From the NCBI GenBank assembly GCA_040755855.1, contig JBFMAD010000001.1, forward strand, positions 320,001 to 384,000: 64,000 nucleotides of DNA. Direction: 5' to 3'. The notes under the pieces are model-generated. The model was not told where the DNA came from, searched no databases, and saw nothing but the letters and a program-made list of their open reading frames with translations. The position numbers and the translations under genes are program-made. Position 1 is the first letter of the stretch; the number at the start of each line of letters is the position of its first letter. This stretch comes from Planctomycetota bacterium. Lineage in GTDB: Bacteria; Planctomycetota; Brocadiia; JAADGH01. This document shows positions 27,038-36,647 of this stretch, piece after piece.

Positions 27038-27249
27038 TTTTCACTTAACGGGTGGCAGACAACCTGGCGGATGCAGGAGGAGCAGCCAACAACAGAAGCT
27101 CAGGGATGAGAAAGGGGCAGGGCAATTGGGACGTGGTTTGCATGGTTTCGGATAAGCCCTCCTGCCGCCAAAAACCGGAACCTGCAAGCCACGTTCACAG
27201 AGAAAAGGGATGGCATGGGCCCCTCGGGGGGCGGAACGGAGAATGAGCG

Positions 27250-27486
27250 ATGATCGCAACCACACGAATCGTGCCTGTCAGAACGGCGAGCGCAAGCCGG
27301 CCGATCTCCCGAAGCCGGAGGAGATCCAGAAACCGGAGGATTGTTCCGCACAGAGGCCACCCGGAAAACGGGAAGCGATACCAGATCGCCGAGATCTTCA
27401 ACATAGAGGACGACGACTATGACGAGATGGATGTCCTTCTGGATCACGTCCTGCGAAGGGGATCAATAAAGGGACGAACCCTGTAG
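27250..27486 (+). CDS. Small hypothetical protein (basic N-half, acidic C-half)
   Basis: GGAG RBS upstream; RSRRRSRNRR followed by EDDDYDEMD; weak support. Confidence 0.35.
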   Translation: MIATTRIVPVRTASASRPISRSRRRSRNRRIVPHRGHPENGKRYQIAEIFNIEDDDYDEMDVLLDHVLRRGSIKGRTL

Positions 27487-27638
27487 CAGGGGCAGGCCGG
27501 GGGGGGGGCAAGTGAAGAAATTGATCTTCGCATGGGGTCGAGCCGAATGACGTTGCAGTCATTCGCAAAAATGGATGTTGTTCCCCCCCACAACATCCAG
27601 CTCGGCCTCATGCGAGTTTTCTTGATCGGAGCACGAAA

Positions 27639-28133
27639 ATGACAGCGCGACATGCGGAAAAGATACTGATCCCAACGGATTACTCCCACGAATCCATGGC
27701 CGGCCTGACCGTGGGGATTCGCCGGGCTTGTGAATCCGGCGCAACGCTTCTGGTCATGCATGTCCTCGAGACGCATTGGTACGACGTGAATGGCGTCGCC
27801 TACACCATCGGCACCTTGACGGAAGAGAATTGGGTCCATGCCCGGAAGGAACTGGACGACCTCTGCGAAGTCATACGGCAAACCGACCTTCGAGTGATTT
27901 CCATACTCCGCCATGGGGCCGTGGCCGAGGAAATCCTCAAGGCGGTGGAGGACTACCAGGTGGACCTCATCCTTATGTCCTCCGGGGGCGAGACCAACCG
28001 TCCCGTCGGCAAAACGACGGCCCGCGTCCTCGAAAAGGCCTCGTGCGAGGTATGGAGCGTCAAGGGACGCCTCCCTGCCCGCCGTGTGCAGGCCTCGGTG
28101 CGCCGCGCCATCCCTATCCCCCTGGCATGCTGA
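27639..28133 (+). CDS. Universal stress protein (UspA family)
   Basis: KILIPTDYS, LLVMHV, G..AEEIL...VDLILMSS..GKTTARVLEKASCEVW. Confidence 0.88.
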   Translation: MTARHAEKILIPTDYSHESMAGLTVGIRRACESGATLLVMHVLETHWYDVNGVAYTIGTLTEENWVHARKELDDLCEVIRQTDLRVISILRHGAVAEEILKAVEDYQVDLILMSSGGETNRPVGKTTARVLEKASCEVWSVKGRLPARRVQASVRRAIPIPLAC

Positions 28134-28151
28134 AGGAAAGGAGGGGGGGGT

Positions 28152-29000
28152 ATGTGGGATTATTCCGATAAGGTCAAAGACCATTTCCTGCACCCACGAA
28201 ACACAGGCGTGATCCCAGACGCCGACGCCGTCGGCGAGGTCGGCAACATCACGTGCGGCGACGCGCTGAAACTCACCCTGAAACTCGACCAGAACGAGCG
28301 CATCGTTGACGTCAGGTTCCAGACCTTCGGCTGCGCCAGCGCCATCGCCTCCTCCTCAGCCCTCACCGAGATCATCAAAGGCATGACCCTGAAAGAGGCC
28401 GAACAAGTTACCGACAACGACATCGCCGAATACCTCGGCGGCCTTCCGGAGCAAAAGATGCACTGCTCCGTCATGGGGCGGGAGGCCCTCGAGGCCGCCA
28501 TCGCCAGCTATCGGGAAGAGAAGGGGCCGCCGCCCCACGAGGAGGGCAAGATCATCTGCACCTGCTTCGGCGTCACCGACAAGGTGATCGAACGGACCAT
28601 CCGCGAGCACCACCTGAAGACCGTGGATGATGTGACCCACTACTGCAAGGCCGGCGGAGGCTGCGGCTCCTGCCACCCGCAGATCGAAGAAATCCTGAAA
28701 CAAGTCGCCGGGACCGCCGAGGGGAAGGAAGCGAAGAAACAGGAGATACGAAAACCGCTCTCCAACCTCCAACGCATAAAACGAATTGAGGAGGCCATCG
28801 AGAAAGAAATCCGGCCGATGCTCCGACAGGACGGCGGGGATATCGAATTGATTGATGTGGTGGACCATACCGTCCTTGTCTCCCTCCGCGGCCAGTGCCG
28901 TGGCTGCGCCATGGCCGGCTTCACCATCGCCCAGACGGTGGAGAAGAAGATCCAGGAATATGTGGGCGAGCCGATCTCGGTAAGGGAAGTGGAACCATGA
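28152..29000 (+). CDS. nifU: Fe-S cluster assembly scaffold NifU (three-domain)
   Basis: MWDYSDKVKDHF, CGD, FGCASAIASSS, KMHCS, CTCFGV..CKAGGGCGSC and DGGDIEL..C..C motifs. Confidence 0.96.
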   Translation: MWDYSDKVKDHFLHPRNTGVIPDADAVGEVGNITCGDALKLTLKLDQNERIVDVRFQTFGCASAIASSSALTEIIKGMTLKEAEQVTDNDIAEYLGGLPEQKMHCSVMGREALEAAIASYREEKGPPPHEEGKIICTCFGVTDKVIERTIREHHLKTVDDVTHYCKAGGGCGSCHPQIEEILKQVAGTAEGKEAKKQEIRKPLSNLQRIKRIEEAIEKEIRPMLRQDGGDIELIDVVDHTVLVSLRGQCRGCAMAGFTIAQTVEKKIQEYVGEPISVREVEP

Positions 29001-30166
29001 AAAAGGTTTATGCGGACAACAACGCAACGACCCGGGTCGCCCCCGAGGTCCTCGACGCGATGCTCCCCTACCTGAAGGATATGTACGGCAATCCGTCCAG
29101 CATGCACGATTTCGGCGGCGACGTGGCCAGGAAGATGGCAGCGGCCAGGGGCAGCGTCGCCGCCCTCCTCGGCGCCGCCGACGAAGAGATCGTCATCACC
29201 AGCTGCGGCACCGAGAGCGACAACGCAGCCATCCGCAGCGCCATCGAGACCCACCCCGAGAAGCGGCACATCGTTACCACCAAGGTCGAGCACCCCGCCG
29301 TGCGGAGCCTGTGCAATCTCCTGGCGAGCAAAGGCTACTGGGTCACGGAACTCGGCGTGGACGCAAAGGGCCGCCTCAATCTCGATGAACTGCGCGACTC
29401 GTTGCGCGACGATACCGCCATCGTCAGCATCATGTACGCCAACAATGAGACCGGAGTGATTTTCCCCATCGAGGAGATCGGGCAGATCGTCAAGGAAAGG
29501 GGCATCCTCTTTCATACCGACGCCGTCCAGGCCGTGGGCAAAATTCCCCTGAACATGAGGAGCAGCACGGTGGACATGCTCAGCCTGTCCGGGCATAAGC
29601 TACACGCGCCCAAGGGGATAGGGGCGCTATACGTTCGCCGCGGCGTCCCGTTTCGCCCGTTCCTCATCGGCGGCCACCAAGAGCGCAATCGCCGCGGCGG
29701 GACGGAGAACGTCCCCTCCATCATCGCCCTCGGCAAGGCGGCCGAGCTGGCCATGGAACACATGGAGGAGGAGAACACCCGCGTCAAGGCGATGCGGGAC
29801 CGCCTGGAGAAGGAGTTGCTCGCGAAGGCTCGGGGGGCCTATCTCAACGGCGACCCCGACGCGCGCCTGCCGAACACGACGAATATCAGCTTCGAGTACG
29901 TCGAGGGCGAGGCGATCCTGCTGCTGCTGAACGAAAAGGGCGTCGGCGCATCCTCCGGGTCGGCGTGCACATCGGGATCGCTGGAGCCGTCGCACGTGTT
30001 GCGGGCCATGGGCGTACCCTTCACGCGGGCGCATGGCTCGGTCCGGTTCAGCCTCAGCCGATACAACACGGACGAGGACATCGCCTACATCATCGCGCAT
30101 GTCCCGCCGATCATCGAGCGTCTGCGATACCTCTCACCCTATGGGCACGAGGAAGGGGCAGTATAA
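28997..30166 (+). CDS. nifS: Cysteine desulfurase NifS
   Basis: DNNATT, GNPSSMH, HTDAVQ, SGHKLHAPKG and SSGSACTSGSLEPSHVL motifs; ATGA overlap with nifU. Confidence 0.96.
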   Translation: MKKVYADNNATTRVAPEVLDAMLPYLKDMYGNPSSMHDFGGDVARKMAAARGSVAALLGAADEEIVITSCGTESDNAAIRSAIETHPEKRHIVTTKVEHPAVRSLCNLLASKGYWVTELGVDAKGRLNLDELRDSLRDDTAIVSIMYANNETGVIFPIEEIGQIVKERGILFHTDAVQAVGKIPLNMRSSTVDMLSLSGHKLHAPKGIGALYVRRGVPFRPFLIGGHQERNRRGGTENVPSIIALGKAAELAMEHMEEENTRVKAMRDRLEKELLAKARGAYLNGDPDARLPNTTNISFEYVEGEAILLLLNEKGVGASSGSACTSGSLEPSHVLRAMGVPFTRAHGSVRFSLSRYNTDEDIAYIIAHVPPIIERLRYLSPYGHEEGAV

Positions 30167-30167
30167 G

Positions 30168-30211
30168 GCGGGGGAAAGGCGGTCGGGAGTAAGGGGCAGG
30201 CTTTCCCCCGC
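30168..30211 (+). terminator. Stem-loop after nifS (possible terminator)
   Basis: GCGGGGGAAAG / CTTTCCCCCGC perfect 11-bp stem; only a short T-run follows. Confidence 0.4.
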
Positions 30212-30226
30212 ACCGCCGTTTTCGCC

Positions 30227-30255
30227 TTGACCCCCGGGAACGACTCGCATACCAT
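30227..30255 (+). promoter_or_regulatory. Putative sigma70 promoter
   Basis: TTGACC-17nt-TACCAT. Confidence 0.5.
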
Positions 30256-30307
30256 ACACAGCGCGAGGTTATCATCGGCCCAGAGGGATGAAGAGGAGGA
30301 CGTGGAA

Positions 30308-32311
30308 ATGAGGAAGCTCCTGGCAGTCGTTATCCTCTTGCTTGCCGTGACGTCTTGCACGCAGGAGGATGTAACCTACGTCAAGCTCGTCCAGCGACTA
30401 ACCGATCTGGAGCATCTGGCCGTCCTGCCCGCCCCGGGCGAGACGTGCGCTCAGTGGTCGAGCTACGACCGCCGCAGCCGGTTCGACGAGGCGACCGGCC
30501 TCTATGTCAACTGGGACGCCAACGGCGACGGGGGCGGCGTGATCCGCAAGGAGGATAACGGGCAGCTCGTCTTTGCCGAGATGGAGGGGCCGGGCGTCAT
30601 CTGGCGCATCTGGTCGGCCCAGGCGGGCAAGGGGCATGTGAAGATATTTCTCGATGGCGCGACGGAGCCTGCCGTTGATTTGCCATTTGAAGGATACTTC
30701 GACTGCAAGAACAAGCCCTTCACCTACCCCGCCCTCGTCCATACCGCGGCCAAGGGCCTGAACAACTACGTGCCCATCCCCTACCAGAAATCGTGCAAGA
30801 TTGTAGCGGAAAATGATTGGGGGAAGTATTACCACTTCACCTACGCAACCTACCCGAAGGGAACGATCCTTCCGACGTTCAAGCGCGATCTCTCCCCTGC
30901 CGATCTCGATGCGCTGGCGAAGGCAAACGACATCCTGACCCGCTGCGGCAGTGACCCTGCCGGGGAGCGGCCCGGCGCGACAACGGAGACGAAGACCATA
31001 ACCGCTGCGCCGAAGGCAACGACAACCGTGGCCAAGCTGGCAGGCCCCCGCGCCATTACCGCGTTAAAGGTCAAGATAGATCTGCCCGAATCGCCCGACG
31101 ACCGCGACCCCCTCCGCGAGCTTGCGCTGCAAATCTCCTGGGACGGCGAGAAGGAGCCGAGCGTCTGGGCGCCCCTGGGCGATTTCTTCGGCACGGCCCC
31201 CGGCGTCAACCACTACAAATCGCTCCCGATGGGGATGACGGAGGATGGGTTCTACTCCTACTGGTATATGCCCTTTGCGGAGAGCGCGCTGATCGAGCTG
31301 GTGAACGACGGCAAGAGCGAACACAAAGTCAATTTGGAGATCACGGTCGCGCCGCTTTCCCATCCTGTCAAACAACTCGGTCGGTTCCATGCCAAGTGGC
31401 ATCGCAACGCGGACCTCGATCCGAAGCGCACGATTGACTGGACGATGCTCAAGACCGAGGGCCGCGGGCGCTTCTGCGGCGTCATGCTCCATGTGTGGAA
31501 CCCGCGCGGCAGTTGGTGGGGCGAGGGCGACGAGAAGTTCTTCATAGATGGAGAGCGATTCCCCTCCACCTTCGGCACAGGCTCCGAGGACTATTTCGGC
31601 TACGCCTGGTGCAATCCGACGCTCTTCGAGAACTGCTACCACAACCAGACGATCAGCATGGGCAACCGAGGCCACGTCTCCGTGAACCGGTGGCACATCA
31701 CGGACAACGTGCCGTTCCAGACGTCCTTCGAGGGGGCGATCGAGAAGTACTTCCCCGACACGCGCCCGACGCTCTACGCCTGCACCGCCTACTGGTATCT
31801 TGCGGCGGGAGGCGCGGATCATTACAAACCTGTCCCGGTCAATGAACGGATCGGCTACTGGTTGCCATTGCCTACGGTGAAGGGGCGGGTGGAGGGCGAG
31901 GATATGCGCATCCTCGTCAAGCCGAGCGGCACGGCGAACTGCCAGATGTTGAATGGGTTCGGGACCGGATGGAGCCTGGACGCGCACCTCTGGTGGCGCG
32001 GCGGCAAGCCGGGTGATGTGCTGGAACTGGGGATTCCGGTGAAGGAGGCGGGGAAGTATCATGTCAAGACACAGCTCACGAAGGCGGGGGACTACGGGAT
32101 CGTGCAGTTGTCGCTGAACGGTAAGATGCTTGGTGGACCGATTGATCTTTACAATAACGGCGTCATCCCGACGGGGGAGCTGGACATGGGCGTTCACGAC
32201 CTGACCCAGGGCCTGAACCGCCTGCAGGTCGAGATCGTCGGCGCAAACGAGAAGGCAAAGAAGGCATATATGTTCGGGATTGACTACGTGCAGTTGGACG
32301 AGGTGAAATGA
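30308..32311 (+). CDS. DUF2961 / GH172 family glycoside hydrolase lipoprotein with C-terminal CBM-like domain
   Basis: Lipobox AVTSC; SSYDR, GPGVIWRIW, PLGDFFG and WWGEGDEKFFIDG..FGTGSEDYF motifs. Confidence 0.88.
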   Translation: MRKLLAVVILLLAVTSCTQEDVTYVKLVQRLTDLEHLAVLPAPGETCAQWSSYDRRSRFDEATGLYVNWDANGDGGGVIRKEDNGQLVFAEMEGPGVIWRIWSAQAGKGHVKIFLDGATEPAVDLPFEGYFDCKNKPFTYPALVHTAAKGLNNYVPIPYQKSCKIVAENDWGKYYHFTYATYPKGTILPTFKRDLSPADLDALAKANDILTRCGSDPAGERPGATTETKTITAAPKATTTVAKLAGPRAITALKVKIDLPESPDDRDPLRELALQISWDGEKEPSVWAPLGDFFGTAPGVNHYKSLPMGMTEDGFYSYWYMPFAESALIELVNDGKSEHKVNLEITVAPLSHPVKQLGRFHAKWHRNADLDPKRTIDWTMLKTEGRGRFCGVMLHVWNPRGSWWGEGDEKFFIDGERFPSTFGTGSEDYFGYAWCNPTLFENCYHNQTISMGNRGHVSVNRWHITDNVPFQTSFEGAIEKYFPDTRPTLYACTAYWYLAAGGADHYKPVPVNERIGYWLPLPTVKGRVEGEDMRILVKPSGTANCQMLNGFGTGWSLDAHLWWRGGKPGDVLELGIPVKEAGKYHVKTQLTKAGDYGIVQLSLNGKMLGGPIDLYNNGVIPTGELDMGVHDLTQGLNRLQVEIVGANEKAKKAYMFGIDYVQLDEVK

Positions 32312-33342
32312 GCAAAGATCAGTTGGTTGAAATTCTTAAGCTCTGCTTCGCCATTGACCAACGGGCGGAAATGGCGTATGCGCGCTTCGCTGAGGCCGAA
32401 AAGCGACGGGGGCTGAAGCAATTCTGGCGGAAGATGAGCGAGACGGAGGGGGAGCACGTACAGATCTGGAAGAGATTGCTGGACATGGCCAGGGAGAATA
32501 TGCTTCCCCAGGTCTTCGACCAGCCCAAGCGCGTTGCCGAGGAATTGAAGAGCACACGCGACAAGATCAACGAGATGGCAAATCAGTGCGTCGCGAACCC
32601 CGATCCGTCCTGCGCGTTCCTGCTGGCCTACCGGATGGAGTTCTACGTGATGCGCCACCCGGCCTTTGCCACACTCCTCAATTTCATCCAGACCATATCC
32701 GAGGAGAAGAATCTGGAGGAGGAATACGACGCCCACATCAATGCATTCGTCGAGGCCCTCGTCAAGTACGGCAGGGTGACCCCAGAGATGGAGATGCTGG
32801 GCGAGACGCTCCAGCACCTGTGGAAGGAGAACTGCGCGCTGGCCCGCCAGACCACCACGGATGATTTGACGGGCGTGCTGAATCGGCGCGGGTTCTTCCT
32901 TACGACGAAGCCCCTGGCCCATCTTGCGCAGCGGCAAGGGGCTGCGGTGGGAATTCTGATGGCGGACATTGACAACTTCAAGGAGATCAACGACACACTC
33001 GGCCATCCGAAGGGCGATGAAGTCCTCAGGATGATGGGAGACATCCTCCGAAGACGAATGCGGGCCTCCGATCTCGTGGGACGATACGGAGGAGAGGAGT
33101 TCATCGTCTTTCTGCCGATGATCAAGAAGGCTTCGCTTCGCCGCATTGCCGAGGGAATCCGCAAGCGGGTAGAATCCGAAACCAAGAAGAAAATCCACCT
33201 TACCGTCAGCATCGGCGCGGCGGAAGGCATGTTGGGCGACGATGTGGACCGTGACTTTCTCGCCCTCGTCAAGAAGGCCGACGCATGCCTCTACGAGGCG
33301 AAGCGTCGGGGAAAAAACGTCGTCGTCATGGAGAACGCATAG
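32308..33342 (+). CDS. Diguanylate cyclase with N-terminal ferritin-like domain
   Basis: DDLTGVLNRR, DIDNFKEIND, RASD I-site, GGEEF; N-terminal helical domain with ETEGEH. Confidence 0.88.
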   Translation: MSKDQLVEILKLCFAIDQRAEMAYARFAEAEKRRGLKQFWRKMSETEGEHVQIWKRLLDMARENMLPQVFDQPKRVAEELKSTRDKINEMANQCVANPDPSCAFLLAYRMEFYVMRHPAFATLLNFIQTISEEKNLEEEYDAHINAFVEALVKYGRVTPEMEMLGETLQHLWKENCALARQTTTDDLTGVLNRRGFFLTTKPLAHLAQRQGAAVGILMADIDNFKEINDTLGHPKGDEVLRMMGDILRRRMRASDLVGRYGGEEFIVFLPMIKKASLRRIAEGIRKRVESETKKKIHLTVSIGAAEGMLGDDVDRDFLALVKKADACLYEAKRRGKNVVVMENA

Positions 33343-33376
33343 CCCCTGCAAATCCCCTCTGAAGGAAGCCGTCGGC

Positions 33377-34963
33377 ATGACATCCGAAGATCGCCCGCTC
33401 CAGGAAACGGAAGAACTGAAAATCGTCTATGACATAGACCGAATCTGCGATGACACCCTCGACCTCGATCTTCTGTTGCGCCGGCTGCTCGTGAAGGTCA
33501 TGGACATCCTCTCCGCCGATCAGGGGGCGTTCGTCCTGCGCGACGACGATACCGGCGAATTGCGCGTCGCCGAGCGGGAAGGCATTCCCGATCCTGAGCC
33601 GTTCTTCCAGGAAAACCAGGCGTGGATCACGCAGGCCCTGAACGCGCAGGGAAAGGAAGGGGCGCAAGTCGGCGAAACCGGCAGGCTGTTCTGCAAAATT
33701 TCCATGGGGGACGCGGCGGTCGGGGTGCTCTGCATCGTCCGGAGCAGCGGCCGCGCCTTCTCCGCGCGGGACCGGTCGGCGCTCTCCGCCGTGGAGGGGC
33801 AGATTGACAATGCGATCGAACATGCCAAAGTATTGCGACGACTTCAACTTCGCAACAAGGAACTCGAGATCCTCTACCGAATTGATCGCATCCGCGACAG
33901 CACGGAAAACTTGCAGGATATGCTGGATCAGATCCTCGTGGAACTGCAGGCCGCCCTCGACGCCGAGATGGGATTCATCATGCTCTACAACGATCAGCTC
34001 AAAAAACTTGAACTGAAGGCGATGGATGACAAGGGTAGCGGCGTCCTTTTGCGCGCGGAGAGGGACCTCATTGACCGCGTGTCCGACATGGCTGTCGCCG
34101 CGGCAAGGCCGATGATCTGGAAGCCGGATGACCGCGGCAAGACGCCGGCGCATGAGGTCCTTTGCGCGCCGCTGTTTCTCCGTGATAACCTGATCGGCGT
34201 CTTCGGCGTCCTGAACAAGAAGACCGGCAGGGCCTTTGATGCAGATGACAAACGCCTCCTGACGGCCATCATCAGCCAGGCGGACACGGCCATCTTCGAG
34301 GACGCGCGCAAGGCGCTGTTGACGAAGTTGTTCAAGAGGTTCGTCAGCCCCCAGGTGGCCGACGCCCTCCTCCGCGACCCCTACAAACCCTATCTCGAAG
34401 GCGAGGCCAAAGAGATCACCGCCCTGTTCTGCGATCTGCGCGGCTACAGCACGACGGTGGCCGACATGGACCCGAAGGACGTGGTGGCGTTCCTCAATGA
34501 GTTTCTATCGGAGATGTCGGCCCTCGTTCTCGCCAATGACGGGACGCTCGACAAGTTCATCGGCGACGAGGTCGTGGCCCTGTTCGGCGCGCCGATTCCA
34601 TTTGAGGACCACGCGCTCCGCGCCTGCCGGGCGGCCCTGCGGATGCAGGAGAAGCTCCATGATCTCAACCGCAGTTGGGCGAGCCGCGGCCTGCCGACGT
34701 TCGGGATGGGGATCGGTCTGAACTCCGGTCCGGTGGTCGTCGGAAACATCGGCGGCGAGGTCTATCTCGACTACACGGCAATCGGCGCGAACATGAACCT
34801 GGCCTCGCGCCTGCAGGGCATCGCCAAGGCAAACCAGATTCTCCTCGGGCCGAACACGTACGCACAGGTCCGCCATCTCGCCGACGTGGAAGACATCGGC
34901 GACGTGACGGTCAAAGGCCACGCCAAGCCCCTGCGAATCCATCATCTGCGCGGATTGCATTAG
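33377..34963 (+). CDS. GAF-GAF class III adenylate cyclase
   Basis: Two GAF-like domains; LFCDLRGYS, DKFIGD, GIGLNSG..VVGNIG and DYTAIG..NLASRL motifs. Confidence 0.88.
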   Translation: MTSEDRPLQETEELKIVYDIDRICDDTLDLDLLLRRLLVKVMDILSADQGAFVLRDDDTGELRVAEREGIPDPEPFFQENQAWITQALNAQGKEGAQVGETGRLFCKISMGDAAVGVLCIVRSSGRAFSARDRSALSAVEGQIDNAIEHAKVLRRLQLRNKELEILYRIDRIRDSTENLQDMLDQILVELQAALDAEMGFIMLYNDQLKKLELKAMDDKGSGVLLRAERDLIDRVSDMAVAAARPMIWKPDDRGKTPAHEVLCAPLFLRDNLIGVFGVLNKKTGRAFDADDKRLLTAIISQADTAIFEDARKALLTKLFKRFVSPQVADALLRDPYKPYLEGEAKEITALFCDLRGYSTTVADMDPKDVVAFLNEFLSEMSALVLANDGTLDKFIGDEVVALFGAPIPFEDHALRACRAALRMQEKLHDLNRSWASRGLPTFGMGIGLNSGPVVVGNIGGEVYLDYTAIGANMNLASRLQGIAKANQILLGPNTYAQVRHLADVEDIGDVTVKGHAKPLRIHHLRGLH

Positions 34964-35043
34964 GGCGGAACGAGCATCTCACCAAATCGGGCGAAGATCA
35001 AGAAAGGCATGCCTGTGCATGATGGGCTGTCCGGGCATTCTTC

Positions 35044-35072
35044 TTGACCTTGCCCCAGCAAAAAGGTAGTAT
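35044..35072 (+). promoter_or_regulatory. Putative sigma70 promoter
   Basis: TTGACC-17nt-TAGTAT. Confidence 0.55.
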
Positions 35073-35194
35073 AGGTATTGATTGGATGATACTGCGGGTG
35101 GTTCTTGCGCTTTGGGAATGGGTGCAAAGCCGTGAGCACTGTCAGATGGGAAACGTGGGCTGACGGGGGACTTTACACATGAAAGAGATTTACC

Positions 35195-36583
35195 ATGAAA
35201 GTACTGCTCGTGCAACCGGGCGCCAAGACCCAAGAGCATGCGTTCCGGATGCCGGCGCTTCCCGAACCGCTCGCCCTCGAAGTCCTAGCCGCTTATCTTC
35301 CTGAGCATGAGGTCCGGATTCTGGACCTCCGGATTGACGACACGCTCGACGCCGAACTCCGCGAGTTCACGCCGGACGTTGTGGGCGTTACCGCACTCAC
35401 CACCGAGGTGTATGACGCACACCTTGTGCTGGACCGAACCCGCGAGCTCCTGCCCGACGCGGTCACGGTCGTGGGGGGCATCCACGCCTCGCTCATGCCA
35501 CAGGATTTTGAGCGTCCGTCCGTGGACGCCATCGTGAGGGGAGAAGGCGAACTGACGCTGAAGGATCTGGTTGCGGCCGTGGAGGCATCCAGGCCGCTGT
35601 CGTCCGTGCCGGGCATGCGCGTTCGCGCCGCCGACGGCGGCTATGTTGATACGCCCCTGCGCACTGAGCAAGTCAGACTCGACGAGTCCCCGCTTCCACG
35701 CCGAGACCTTCTGGCGCACCGGCGCACCCACTACCACTTTCACTTCCACCACCCGACGTTTTCGATTGAGGCGGGGCGTGGCTGCCCGTTCAGATGCAAC
35801 TTCTGTTCGGTGTGGAGGATGCACCCGGGGAAGTGCCGTTACATGTCGGCCGAACGCGTTTTTGCGGAACTGGAATCCATTCAGGGGAAGAGCACTCTAT
35901 TCGTGGACGACAATTTTCTCGCCAATGTCCCCCGCGCCAGGACGCTCTGCGGGATGATCCGCGCCAGCGGCATGGAGAAGACCTACGGCATGCAGGCCCG
36001 AAGCGACACGATCGTGCAACACCCGGACCTCATCGAGGAATGGGCAAAGATCGGACTGGGGGGAATTTTGATCGGATTCGAAACGCCCTCTCCCGAACGA
36101 CTCGCAAAACTAAACAAGTCGAATGTCCTCCGCAACAATGATGAAGCCATCCGAATCTGCAAGGCCAACGGCGTGGATGTGTGGGGCGCGTTCATCGTTG
36201 ATCCGGACTTTGAGACGGACGATTTCGACCGGCTGCTTGACTACGTCAGCGATCGCGGGATCAGGCTCCGGCAGTTCACCGTCCTAACCCCGCTTCCGGG
36301 AACGCCGCTCTTCGAGCAGGAGGCCGAGCGGTTGGTCACGCGGGACTACCGCCTCTTCGATTGCCTGCACTCGGTGCTGCCCACGAAACTCCCGCGAGAG
36401 GAGTTTTACCGCCAGTTCACACGGCTGTATCGGCGGTCCTACGGTTTCCTCACGATGCTTCGCTCCATATGCGACCGCCGGGTTACGCTGAGCGACATAT
36501 GGTATCTCCTGCCCCTGGTGGCGCGGCTGTGCGACCATCGCGCCTATCTGAGATCAGAGGAGGCGCAGCCGGTGTTGCCGTAA
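35195..36583 (+). CDS. Cobalamin-dependent radical SAM methyltransferase (HpnR-like)
   Basis: EPLALE, VVGGIHAS B12 domain, RGCPFRCNFC, TPLPGT and TRDYRLFD..HSVLPT motifs. Confidence 0.85.
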   Translation: MKVLLVQPGAKTQEHAFRMPALPEPLALEVLAAYLPEHEVRILDLRIDDTLDAELREFTPDVVGVTALTTEVYDAHLVLDRTRELLPDAVTVVGGIHASLMPQDFERPSVDAIVRGEGELTLKDLVAAVEASRPLSSVPGMRVRAADGGYVDTPLRTEQVRLDESPLPRRDLLAHRRTHYHFHFHHPTFSIEAGRGCPFRCNFCSVWRMHPGKCRYMSAERVFAELESIQGKSTLFVDDNFLANVPRARTLCGMIRASGMEKTYGMQARSDTIVQHPDLIEEWAKIGLGGILIGFETPSPERLAKLNKSNVLRNNDEAIRICKANGVDVWGAFIVDPDFETDDFDRLLDYVSDRGIRLRQFTVLTPLPGTPLFEQEAERLVTRDYRLFDCLHSVLPTKLPREEFYRQFTRLYRRSYGFLTMLRSICDRRVTLSDIWYLLPLVARLCDHRAYLRSEEAQPVLP

Positions 36584-36647
36584 CACCGAACGGCATAGCC
36601 ACTCGCAGGCACTGCTTTCACAAGGACGCAAAAGGGAGGGTCAAACC

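Noticed and set aside
28152..30166. Nitrogen fixation cluster
   Set aside because: Only nifU and nifS are present; no nifHDK or nifENB in the window
35100..35175. c-di-GMP-I riboswitch (GCAAAGCC motif)
   Set aside because: The upstream GGCAAAC / GAAA tetraloop stem is absent
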